NCBI GenBank assembly: GCA_035221665.1
Contig: CM069131.1
Location: 150,288,001 to 150,352,000 of the forward strand
DNA: 64,000 bases
From: Okamejei kenojei
Lineage: Eukaryota
Reading direction: 5' to 3'
The notes beneath the pieces were generated by a model. The model worked only from the letters and a program-made list of their open reading frames with translations, searched no databases and was not told the DNA's origin. The position numbers were made by a program, and so were the translations under genes. Of the stretch, positions 52,796 to 64,000 are shown in pieces. How positions within the stretch are numbered: the first letter of the stretch is position 1; every line of letters begins with the position of its first letter.

Positions 52796-52878
52796 CCCAG
52801 GTAATGTCTTCTGTTCATGCAACGCACTTTGGGCCTTTAGAGCGGATTCCCTGGCACAGTACGTTAGGAAGGCACAAC
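52796..52878 (-). CDS. CELF6: CELF4/6-type gene, coding exon 2 (83 nt, RNP1 and rest of RRM1)
   Basis: Not in the ORF track. Reverse strand reads tag|GT TGT GCC TTC CTA ACG TAC TGT GCC AGG GAA TCC GCT CTA AAG GCC CAA AGT GCG TTG CAT GAA CAG AAG ACA TTA CCT GGG|gtaagt = (G)[27 protein letters not shown]. Phase joins exon 1 exactly and splice sites are canonical. Confidence 0.95.
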
Positions 52879-54987
52879 CTAATCATTTAATTAAAGGGAA
52901 CATAACATTACAAAAAGCACTGTGAATATAATTTTTGCCGTCACTTCTTCCATCAAAATGATCTGAGTGATGATTATTGTTCCAACAAACCCAATGTTGT
53001 AAGTGTAAGGTGTCAGGCCAGTAAATCACGTCTGACTAAATTACCTTTATATGGTTGACTTAGAGTTTAAACATATGGTTTAGTTAACATATCTCGGTAC
53101 ATCTTTTGAAAATGTGTGCACTCTTGTCAGGTCAGTGGCTGAACAATGGATTGTAAAGGCACCATAACAAGGCTGAAGATGTTGTACCTAATCCCAGGAA
53201 CTCATTCCAGTATAGGCACAAAATGTACGCTATCGTAACTACAAATCCTATTCCAACAAACACACACACTGCCCATACTTTTGTTTACGCTTTTAAGTCC
53301 GCATTTGGAGTAATATTCCAAATTTGGATCGAAAAGTAAACTGGAGCCCAGTTGGAGAGAAATCTACTGCCCTTTGTCATTAACTACTAAGGCTGCGACA
53401 GTTATCTTTATATTAACAGAAGCCGGTGGTGTCTGCACCAGTGCCAGATGTGGGCTGGCAGTGGAAGTTAACCCGCAGGAGTTGTCACTGTTGATGCAGA
53501 ACACACCCCCAGCAACTTAGAACTCCGCAGCTTCCGAATCAGGCGTACAGAGCAGACAGACTGGAGGGAAAGGAGTGTACAAAGGGCAGACATGGCTTAT
53601 TTGCAGTGTGCGCGTACATAATTTATTATATGAAAAAATAAAACAGCATGATTAAAAAATAAATCAAAGTCTCATATTGCAAGCAGACACGAACAAAAAT
53701 TGGATGCTACACTTTTATACTGTCTTCAAATTGGGAGGGGGAAGCAATCGCCAATCTTAATATGATCAGTAAATAATTATTATCTAAAGGCTTAAAGAAC
53801 GAGTGTTTGGAATCACATCACTCATATCATTGAAATTTCAATCCATGTTATTGAAAATAGCATGCAGTCTTATCCGCGCCTGTGAATGCGGCCGTTGAGC
53901 TCATAAATATTGCATTTTAAATTACAGATAACCTAAGGCCCTTTTCATATCTTACTTTTACCCCCCCCCCCCCCCCCCCCCTCACCCACGACACCGCCCC
54001 CCTCCAACACGCAGATTTACTGTGCACCTGCACACCCTTGTATGCTTTTCTCTCATATCGCCCGGCGGCAGCAGCTGGGTCATTTCGCCTTTTAAAATCA
54101 GGACTACAAATCCTGCAAGTTATTATTCCTATGTGTGTGTGTGTGTGTATGTGTGTGTGTGTGTGCGCGCGCTTCAGTCAGTGAGTGAGTGAGTGAGTAA
54201 GAGAGAGAACCCCGCGTTTAACCCCATTTACGAACCCCCCTCACTGAGTTGCAACCGTTACTATCACCCACCCCCCCCCTCCCACACACACGGCCACAGC
54301 GACAAATCATTGCAGCTCCAAAAAAAGTTGTATTTTGACGAAACTGTTAGTGCGAACTGTTAACTCCAGCCAGCTGCCCCGTCCTTAAGTCTGTCTAACT
54401 CACCGGACTGTTCTCTGTCATTAAATTAAATCTAAATATATATATATATATATACACACAGGGAGAGACGGGGGGCGGGGGGGAGAGAGATTAACAAAAA
54501 AACGAGAAGGGATGCTGACGGAACCAGAGTTCGCCGAGGGATCTGAAATCACAAGTTCTTTCAATCGGTGCGAAGTGAACAGTGGGGAAGAAGAGTGAAT
54601 CCCAGTCTTCGGCTCTCCGCTCCTCCCGGGCTTTCTCTAAATTAGGGTCGCAAGCCACTCATTGTCTTTGCAAACGCTGTCTTTGACATGATGTTGTACT
54701 TATACAGTGGAGAAGGAGCTGGTATTTCCAGCAGCGGCTATAATGCTATCCTTCAGCACCACCCCACAAACTGGCCAGACCTTAACATTTGCATCACAAC
54801 AAACAGTAGCACAAAAAAAAAAGCCATTCTCAGATTGCACCGAGTTTGGAGAAGCACTAAGTTGTTCCCTGGTTATCGTGGGGACCGGGAGGGAGGGTGG
54901 GGGTGGGTGTTGGGGTTGGGGTGGGGGAGGCGGGAGGGAGGGAGGGTGGGGGGGGGGGGGGGGGTGGTGGTGAATGTGCATACAGAC
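52879..54987 (-). other. Intron 1 (2109 nt, GT-AG)
   Basis: Bounded by the exon 1 donor GTCTGT and the exon 2 acceptor TAG. Confidence 0.9.
54132..54197. repeat. (TG)n/(CG)n and (GAGT)n microsatellites in intron 1
   Basis: Direct read. Confidence 0.9.
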
Positions 54988-55252
54988 CCTTGTGCATGCC
55001 GGTGAAGCGGTCCTTTAGCACCGTGAGCTCGTAGATCTTGCCAAATTCCTCAAAGAGGGGCTTGAGGTCCTTCTCCTCCAGGTTGCGGGGGATCTGGCCG
55101 ATGAAAAGTTTGATGGCGTCGTGGTCCTTCATGGGGATGGTGCTGTTCTGGCTGTGGCTGAGTCCGTTCATAGGCCCGTTGACAGTGCTGATTTGGATGT
55201 TGTTGTTAAGGCTGTCTGCTGCCTGCTGCACGCCGTTCGTTAACGTGGCCAT
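54988..55252 (-). CDS. CELF6: CELF4/6-type (CUGBP Elav-like) RNA-binding protein, coding exon 1 (N-terminus and start of RRM1)
   Basis: Translates as [10 protein letters not shown]...[62 protein letters not shown], the characteristic CELF4/6 RRM1 with RNP2 LFIGQI. ATG at 55252 is in strong context (AAGATGG). The exon ends in phase 1 at donor AGG|GTCTGT. Family call is secure. CELF6 is preferred over CELF4 from LEE, YCAR, no MYIK leader and the short intron 1, but the paralog is uncertain. Confidence 0.93.
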
Positions 55253-55269
55253 CTTTCTCCCACACTGCG

Positions 55270-55277
55270 TGACGTCA
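55270..55277. promoter_or_regulatory. Full palindromic CRE (TGACGTCA)
   Basis: Exact consensus 18-25 nt upstream of the start ATG. Function is inferred. Confidence 0.5.
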
Positions 55278-56528
55278 GGCAACTTTCCTTTACATTGACT
55301 CCGCCGTTTAAACAGGCTGGATGGGCTCAAGGTCGGCGCAGACCCGGGGTGGATGAAGCAGCCCTACCCTCCCTCTCCCTCTCTCTCTCCCTCTCCATTC
55401 AGCTCCACCACAACCCCAGATAGTGGTAGCTTCCAACAACCCAGCCATAAAAAGCCAGCTTGCGCACGTTCGCTTTTCTTTCCATCCTCTCCGCTCCTTC
55501 CTTGATATAATAATAAATCCCTACCCTCTTTAGTACATAATATAAATAAGGGAACCAAAAAAAAAACCCTTTTTGACAGCAATGAATTTATTTCTGAGCA
55601 ATTATTTGCAGTCGGGATTTGCTGCTGAAATGCATTCGAGATTAGGGATGTGATTTGAAAGTACACCATAATATGTGAAACATTCTGCCTATTTCCGGCT
55701 AGTTGTTGTATGTGGTATTTTACTGTATTTTCTTTTTCACTTGAAGGTGGCGTGAGGAAGTCCGGACTGATTCTTAGAAAGCGTGCGATCCGGGAACAAA
55801 GGGAAACCGTCCCAGCCTTTGAAAGCTGCGAGCTGCTTTACTGGGGAGGGAGGGAGGGGGAGGGAGGGAGGGAAGTGAGTAGTTATTGGCGAGGCTGCTA
55901 AAAGGGACACATCAGTTGATGAATATAAGACATCGGAGACGATAATACTTAAAAAAAAAATCGACATGATTGCTGGTCGCTTAGGTCGACTTTATATATT
56001 TTGGCAGAGGGCGAGGAAGAGAGATAGTGAAGTCAATTAACTTGTGTTTTTTTTTAAAATAACATATTGGCGCCTTCTTCCCACATCTGTGTCACAGAAA
56101 GCCGTCAGATATGTCTCTCTCCGTCGATCTACTCAAATCAAATAGTTATTTATCAGGGCTATGGTTAAGAGAGAGGGGAGCGAGTGTGAGAATGAGGGTC
56201 GCTTGATTGGGGGGGGGGGGGGGGGTTGCATAAGGGGTTAGTCCGCTTTCCACGGTTTGTATTTGTATTAGGGATGGGGCGATACATTTGTTAACGCACC
56301 TGGCACCTGCTTTTCTGAGCTTATAGGTAGAAACCAGAGATTTGAACATCTCATGCCATGTATGAGATGCCGTCCCTGTAAGTCCAAATCTTTCTAAAAC
56401 AATCATATCCCAGAACAACCCAAAGCTATTGGCAATCATAAACATTTCTGCTATTTTATATACACATTTATTCATGAACTTTTCGGTTTTGGAGGACAAG
56501 GGAGGGGCGAGTCGAACAGACTAATAAT

Positions 56529-56532
<4 letters not shown>

Positions 56533-56566
<34 letters not shown>
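56533..56566. repeat. (TA)n microsatellite
   Basis: Direct read. Confidence 0.9.
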
Positions 56567-56572
<6 letters not shown>

Positions 56573-57136
56573 ATTGTTAAAGAAGCTGTCTTTGTTGGGT
56601 CCGCTTCAGCGAATGGATGCAAAGCTTTTTGGAAAATACAAGATTAAATCCAACCAAAGCAGCTTTCTGAAACCGTGACGTTCAAAGTTAAAGCTTCTGA
56701 TCTGAAAGTGCGCGTTGGGGGTGTTCTAAATACCCCATCCCAACTCTTGAAATAAGCCATGCCAGTCTAATTTTGTTTACATATATATCGTTATTTTTTC
56801 CGGGGGTTTACTTATATATGGGCTGCAATGGACAAAAGATTGGATGTTTGGAATTTTCCACAAGGTTGTTTCTATTTAGGGAAACCACTTTTGTTTCCTT
56901 GTTCCATTGTGCCAACCCAAATTGTTGGCTAGTTCTCCAAGTCGGTGATAAATATATTAAAAATGAGGTAGCTAATTAAAGTGCAACTACAAAGCGTCAG
57001 TGGCGGATTGGGGATGAGGCTGTGGATAGTCGCTATCCAACTAGCTTTTGGCAAAGGCTAAATAACAGAATAGGGAAAAGAAACGGAGAAAACACCGGTT
57101 TCCACGATCCTCTGGTCGCTCCGGCGCAATTGGACT

Positions 57137-57163
57137 GGTGCTGTCTCTATCCAAGGTGCTGAA
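57137..57163 (-). promoter_or_regulatory. REST/NRSF binding site (RE1/NRSE) candidate
   Basis: Minus strand TTCAGCACCTTGGATAGAGAC versus consensus TTCAGCACCnnGGACAGCGCC, about 1.9 kb upstream of the ATG of a neural CELF-family gene. Confidence 0.6.
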
Positions 57164-60077
57164 AGCAGACTCTCTGGAATGAAAGCTGTCATCACTTTGC
57201 CGCTTTGCGCGCACACATGGGTTGCTAAGAAACGCGGTCTCCTATACTTTATCTTCCTTTTGTGATCAGCACGGCACACACAAATTATTAACAACAATTA
57301 CAGTCGCGATTCATCCGAGTTTCCTGACGGCAAATCTGTTCAAGTTTCATCGTGGGGAGAGAAGAGACCGAGAAACCCCATCCCCACACGCTGGACCGAA
57401 ATACCTAGAGTTCAGAGAAGATTGGAGAGCTACCGTGCAATTTCACGCTAACAGACTTGTGCTTTTATTTCTCTGCTGGATAAGTCTTCCAAAAGGACCC
57501 ATAAAAATGGCAATATATTTACACGACAACGTCTTGTTGCAATATGTCCTGTTCCTTAAATATATATCTTTTTTCAGCACGCCACATCGTTTTAACATCG
57601 CAGATTCTTGTACCCAAACGGCAGCTTCTGTGGGCTGGCGTCGAGGAAAAAATGATGTTTCCCTAGTGATGGGCTGCACGCATTTTTTTGATTCTAGCGC
57701 GCCTCTTGACTTTCTGCGTTTAAAATAGCCTCAACGTTTAATTATCATTCGACAGTAGAACAAAAGGTATAATTGCACATTCATAATTAACAATCAGATG
57801 CTGCTTTCAGTCGGCCGAATACCTTAGAAACAAACACTTTAAAGGGACATGTTAAGATTCACAACAATTTATCTTGGTTAGTCCAAGCGTGCTGAAACAA
57901 TTGGGGTTGACATTTAGAAGCATCTCTTTTACTCGATTTAACGGCGTGCAAGTCTCTTTTCTGTCATGAAATGGTCCACGTAATGCGAACCGAGTGTGAT
58001 AGGTTTACCGCTTTCTCTAAAGGTGCAATGTTCCCCAGAATGTGCAGCAGTTGTAAAGCGTAAGAGTGCGTTGATATTTTCCAATTTGCCGGCGTTTATC
58101 TTCAAGCGAGACGAGAAGCTGTGGTAATTACAAAGTTTTTAATTCGATCTATTGAAAATGAATCATCAATGAAACTCCATTACTTTATTTGCATTCATCA
58201 ACTCCAAGATTGTAATTCAACCTCCAAATCACATATATTGGTTACGAAATGCAGCGTTTTGTCTATCTTTATATCTTGGGCATGATTATAAATGCCAAGA
58301 AGGTTGATGTGAATAAATGATAATGAGCAAAGCTTATTCAGATCTCATCCAAACTGTAGAATCATGTATTTTTTTAGGATTATGGAAAATTAACATTGCA
58401 AGTCAACCGTGCGATTAATGAATTGACATTGAGAATGCATCATAGAAATCTACACAAATTCAGTTTCTTGCAAAATGAGTTATACACCTAAAAGTAGGAC
58501 TGCTCGTTTTTGTCTATTACTATTCATGGTGAAAGATACTTTTTTATTAAAATATTCATCAGATTATGCTGTTTACAGCTGATATCTATCAATTTGATAT
58601 ATGTGACTCTGTCGATGTGATTCAATATGAAAGTTTCTTTGTGAGCATTACAATGCTCCTCACATAGTCAGAAAAATACTAGTACTTACTGTTCCGTGTG
58701 TTTACTGAATAACATTGGGTAGAAATTGAAAGCATTACTGGAATATATAGCGAGATGTTCTGACCTTCAATTGGAAACTTCTTGGAATAAACATTGTGAA
58801 TGAAGATGTGTCTGTGGCATTGCCTAACAACGCGATAGCAATTGCAGTTTGTGTGCTGAAACACAAGTGGAAGAATTTTCTCATCATTTGATTGAGACAA
58901 TAAAGTTGAACGGCTTAATCAATTAGCTTTTATAAAAAAAAGAGAATCTTCAAATAAAATCATTTCAAGTACATCTGGCACTGGGGTAAACCATAGTCTC
59001 AAAATATTTGATTATTATAAAAGGAATAGACTTTCATCTATAATATATTGAATTGTATTTTACCCTACTTTAAAAATAAACTTGAAGATGTTTTAAGAAA
59101 TGACTGCCATCAAAATCTTTCAGCTCTGAATGCTAGGTTGCTTATCAGCATTCTCCTGTTAGGTCATCTGTTTTTATTTTTCTCAACCAGACATTAAAAA
59201 AAAAGACATAATCAAAATAAAACAACATTGTGTTATCTCTCCTTTGATTACAATATGGTTATCTAGATTCTGTTGTCAAGGATGGATTGTTGCACAGACT
59301 TTATTTTGAACCATATAGTTGAAATATATTTTCAATCCCTGAATTAGGCCTGCTTCTTTTAACAAAAGTATAAATACTATTAACCTTACAATACTCCTGA
59401 TGTTGGCACATAACATCAATGGAATCATTAATTGCCAAGACATTAATGATTGTAATATTGCAATAAATATAGCAGCTGTATTTTGAATTAAATATATATT
59501 TTATAGGCAAGATCTACATCGATTGTTGTAGTACATAGCAAAATATACAATTTTCACCAAATTAATTCTTACAACAATATATTAGAAATGTCTAGTGCAA
59601 TAGAACAATATTTTAAACTGTTTTACTTGATTAGTGATTGTTATTTTTCCCTTAATGTATTTGTTTTAAATACCAAACTTGCTCTCAGATTTTGGGATTT
59701 GCTTTTTTCCAATTGTTTAGTATAATTATTTCAAAATGATGTGCATTTGGTTGAATTAAGCAAATTGGCCCTAAAACTTCTCCCAAAGAATATCATATAG
59801 TGAAAACCCAGACTGCTTATTTTCCTGCATTTTCTCTGGAAAGGTAGATAATCTTCTGTAAGATTTCACAAAAAATAGCCATTCATTTGTTGAGAATGAT
59901 TCAAGCATATTTGCAATGGATACATATTGCCACTCCAACATGCCATGTGCCATTGTTGAAATTAGCAATTGCCTAATTATATAATCATAGCACTCTCATC
60001 TCAGAGTTAGGATGTAATACAGCAAACCCTCATTCTGGTGGTTTCCATCCATAAAGTAGACTGGCAAAACAGAATAA

Positions 60078-60180
60078 TACTGAGGGTGTGCTGCATTGTT
60101 GGAAGTCCATCCGCCCTCTCTGGTGGTCACAAGGGACAGCACTTTTGAAGAACAAGTTTTTCAGTGTGCCAGTAACCAAC
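60078..60180 (+). mobile_element. DeuSINE fragment
   Basis: TACTGAGGGTGTGCTGCATTGTTGGAAG...GCCCTCTC. Confidence 0.45.
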
Positions 60181-60194
60181 AATTAGAATTTGGA

Positions 60195-60790
60195 TCATAG
60201 GACAGTACAGCACAAGAACAGGCCCTTTGGCCCACAATGCCTATGCTAATGAAGATGCTAAGGCCAACTCTTATCTCTATAGACATAATCCATATCCCTC
60301 CATTCCTTGCATATCCATATGCCTATCCAAAAGTCTCATATTGCCACCATTTGAATCTGCCCAAACCACCCCCCCCCATCAGCGTGTTCCAGGCACTCAC
60401 CACACTCCATGTTAAAAGCTATCCCCACTCCTTTAAACTTTGCATCTCTCGCCTTAAAGTACTGCCCTCGAGTGTTTGATTTTTTCCAACCTAGGAAAAA
60501 GATTCCGACTGTCTTCTCTATCAATGGCTCTCATAATTTTATATACTTCTATGAGATCTTCCCCCAACCTCCAGGATCCCATAAAAAAACTGTCCAAGTC
60601 TGTCCAACCTCTTCCTGTAGCTAATATTCCCTAATCGAGGCATCATTCTGGTAAACCTCCCCTACACCCTTTCAAAAGCCTCCACATCATTCCTATAATG
60701 GGGTGACCAGAAATGCACGCAATACTACAAATGCAGCCCAACCAAACTCCTATAAAGCTGCATGATAACTTCTTGATTCTTATACTTAAT
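60195..60790 (-). mobile_element. CR1-like LINE 3' fragment
   Basis: Reverse strand has SNTRGQYFKAR..F and HFWSPHYRND-like ORF2 remnants. Confidence 0.7.
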
Positions 60791-63401
60791 GCAAACTTCT
60801 CTAACTATAGGTAGCCCTTGCTTTCTCTCTCCATCCCCTCCCCCTTCCCAGTTCTCCCACTAGTCTTACTGTCTCCGCCTACATTCTTTCCTTGTCCTGC
60901 CCTCTCCCTGACATCAGTCTGAAGAAGCGTCTCGACCCAAATTGTCGCCAATTCGTTCTCTCCATAGATGCTGCCTCACCTGCTGAGTTACTCCAGCATT
61001 TTGTGTCTACCTTCGATTTACCAGCATATGCAGTTCTTTCTTAAACATATAATAAATACCAATTACAATGTTCAAGAGACTGCAGATACTGAAATCTGAC
61101 AGTCCAGATGAAGGGTCCTGACCTGAAACATTGACTGCCCATTTTCCTCCACACTGTTGCGCGATATTTGGCTTAATTATGTTGACAGCAGGCCTGTAAA
61201 CTGTACTGTATACACTGTAAATGGCTCGATTGTCATCGTGTATTGTCTTTCCGCTGACTGGATAGCACGCAACAAAAGCTTTTCACCATACATCGGTACA
61301 CGCGACAATAAACTAAACTGAACTAAATTTGTTTCGATTTTATTTTTGATTTGCGCAGAGATTCATAATTGGCAACAGTTTGCTTTTATAATTTTTTCAG
61401 ACAATTTGTGAGTTATTACAGATGAGCAATAAAACAATAGGATGCACAGGATTTGTACAGCGGGTTCATACTTGATTAACTAAACTGGATGATGTAGTTT
61501 CTCAAAATGATGTGCAGTACAGCAAAAAGCAACTTAACTTTTAACATTAAATTATTCATTAAAATATAATTTTCAGCCCTCTGATCGTGATTAATCTACT
61601 ATTCATTTGTATCACTGTCTTGCAGATGAGCTGTCTGGCTGCTCAGGTGGGGCAAAAATATCCCATTTGAATGGTAGAGGAGGATACTAATAATTATTCC
61701 TTAACCAATGCCATCGACACAAATATATAAATGATACCTGATTGAACTAAAAAAAAGCTATCTACCAACAATTATTACATTTCAAAATATACATATTTCT
61801 GTTAAATATTTTTGGGTAATATTTAAGGATATGAAACTAGCTATTAAAAGACAGCAGACACAAGGAACACAAGATGCTGGTTTACACAAACAAAAACACA
61901 AAGTATTGGAGTAATCTAGCAGGTCAGGTAGCATAATTGGAGAACATGCATGGGAGATGTTTCAGGTTGGGACCATTCTTCAGACAAATTATTTTTCATT
62001 GTAAAGATTGATCTTCTAGAGTTTTTTTCTGTTGATTTCTGAGTGGCGGAGGGTGGATGAATGAATGGGTATACAGAGGTAATTTTACAGATCCAACCCT
62101 CTGCAGAGCAAGACAATATGAACCAGAGAATTTATCTATTCTATTTCTGTCCTATTTCTAGTTTGTGCTCCAGGAGCACAAAGTTGGTAAATTTACCCGG
62201 TGGAGTATAACTAATCTTCATAGTAGCAATTAAGCACATCAAGGAGAAATTAATTTTATATTAGAGAATTAAAAGCATCAAGTTTAACAGTCACCTACTC
62301 AATGTTAAGCTTCAAATCAGTATTATAACCTAAATAAAATATTGTTTTATAAAATCAAATAAATAATTATGGATCAATTAATGTGACATATACATTACAG
62401 TAATTTTAGCCAGAGGATCTCTTCACCTATATAGCAATGTTAAAAGCTGCAAGATAGCAATTAGGCAATACACCCATTTATGGAATAAAAAAGTTGAGCC
62501 AGAGATATACATATATTAATGGAAATTTCCATTTGTATTCAAAAGACGCATTGGGTTTTATCAAAATCAGTTATTTAATACTACTCATTTATACCGTTAA
62601 CAAAGCTGGAATATTATCTTGCTTCTGGAGTATCCTACTGGTCTTGGTCCAGATTACAAGATTCAAACAGAATAGTTGTTATTCATTTTAATGATTATTA
62701 ATTTTATGACCTTTCAAAGTTTATGTTTTATGAATGTGGGACTAACTTTTCTGTAGCTGTCTGGTGTATGTAGAATTTCTCTTTGGGAACAGAGATGTTT
62801 GATTGATCACACTATTCTCTGAAATAAATTTGTAGCTCTTTTGTTCTATGATGTGTTTCTGCAGTTTTAACCAAAACTTATTTGGTTAAAATGGTGCAGA
62901 AAGAAAAGATTGACCATTTTTCAAAATAACTGCCTTAACTACATATATCCCCTGCACAATTTAATCTGTTTCCTCTTGCATCTTTTAATTCCAAATGCTG
63001 CTAAACAAGATCCATTTTCTCCACTCTCAATGTAATGCTTAACCCTGTGTTGTATTTGACTGGTTTCTTAAGATGAATTTTGATCAAGGCATGCAACTTT
63101 TTCAATGACTATGTCTCCTGCATAAACACCCTGAAAGTACTGCAAGCAATGTAGAATATAACTTACCAATCCAGTTCTGATGCAGAGTTATCCACCTATA
63201 ACACAATCTCCATTTCTCTCTCCCAACAGATAATGTCCTGCTAATTATTTACAATATGCTCTTTTACTTGAGATTTATGGCAATGGCTGTATACCACACA
63301 ATTTCAGCTTGTTTTTGTTTTTTCTTCTCCTTCTATTGCTGTTACAGAAAGATAATATATTACCTGAGGTACTTTGCTCAATACCTCATATCAACAATTT
63401 G

Positions 63402-63585
63402 AGGTTTGTAGATGTACAAATGTACAGGTTTGAAGGTTAATTGGCTTCAGTAAAGTTTGTAAATTGTTTCTGGTGTGTTGGATAGTGCTAGTATACATCG
63501 ATCGCTGGTCAGTGCAGACTCGATGTGCCGAAGTGCCTGTTTCCGTGCTGTATCTCAAAACTAAACTAAACTAAACTGAACTAAA
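63402..63585 (+). mobile_element. SINE 3' half
   Basis: Matches the 3' half of 103-419, with (CTAAA)n tail. Confidence 0.75.
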
Positions 63586-64000
63586 TTATTTAAGGAGAAC
63601 AACCACCTCCATAGATTGAGTGCATGCAGGAAAAATCAGTAAAATTGGCTTTTGCAGTGATACCTACAATTAAAGAATAAACTTTCTAAGCTTCCGTGAT
63701 AAAGTATGGTTGAGGAAATCATATCCAAGTACATTTTTTTTCCTCAGGATTTGCAAGGGAAATTCCTGACTCTGACCTTGAACTTAATGATAACTTGAAC
63801 AAAGCTTTTTCTTGTTGCAGGCACCAATGGAGAAAATGGCCCTTTTATGGGACTGGATCAGCCCCCCAGCTCTGAAGCAGACAGTCAGTATCTTTACAGG
63901 CTGCAGCACCATAGACAGTGGCAAGAGCATATAGGTGGAACTATATGGTTTCTTGCATACAAGTTTAAAAACACTGTTTCAGGACAGGTTGGAACAGTGG

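Larger units (their letters stand above)
53850..57800 (-). promoter_or_regulatory. CpG-enriched promoter / 5' region of the CELF gene
   Basis: Visibly higher CpG density than the flanks, no recognisable transposons, surrounds exon 1. The TSS cannot be placed. Confidence 0.6.

Noticed and set aside
54752-54762. RE1 site in intron 1
   Set aside because: Only the left half-site TTCAGCACC is present.
54857-55330. 157 aa ORF as a complete gene
   Set aside because: It begins at a non-ATG codon in the 5' UTR and runs into intron 1 (poly-Pro from the C-tract). The true coding part is 55252-54988.
55991-55998. Minus-strand TATA box (TATATAAA)
   Set aside because: No TSS evidence, and such motifs are common in AT-rich DNA.
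57222-57728. 168 aa ORF as a divergent gene
   Set aside because: No recognisable domain, non-ATG start, no exon structure.

Overview
Vertebrate genomic DNA. The repeat families point to a cartilaginous fish, probably a skate or ray (inference). The only supported protein-coding content is the first two coding exons of a minus-strand CELF4/CELF6-type RNA-binding protein gene: exon 1 CDS 55252-54988 and exon 2 52878-52796, together encoding most of RRM1. CELF6 is favoured over CELF4. Positions 1-52795 are part of its very long intron 2, and I found no exon 3 in the window. Around exons 1-2 lies a CpG-rich zone of about 10 kb with no recognisable repeats. It holds a CRE palindrome, an AUG-UAA start-stop element and a good REST/RE1 site. 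The rest is dense with mobile elements: tRNA-headed V-SINE/HE1-type SINEs, old DeuSINEs, CR1-like and Rex/Babar-like LINE 3' fragments, a composite non-autonomous Helitron with intact ends, and a ~1 kb TIR transposon with an ATT target duplication. Most notable are many short Penelope-derived elements carrying minimal hammerhead-ribozyme motifs. Several are inserted as ~200-230 bp inverted repeats flanked by 13-16 bp target-site duplications. Repeat boundaries were read by eye and are approximate. Nearly all listed ORFs are incidental.
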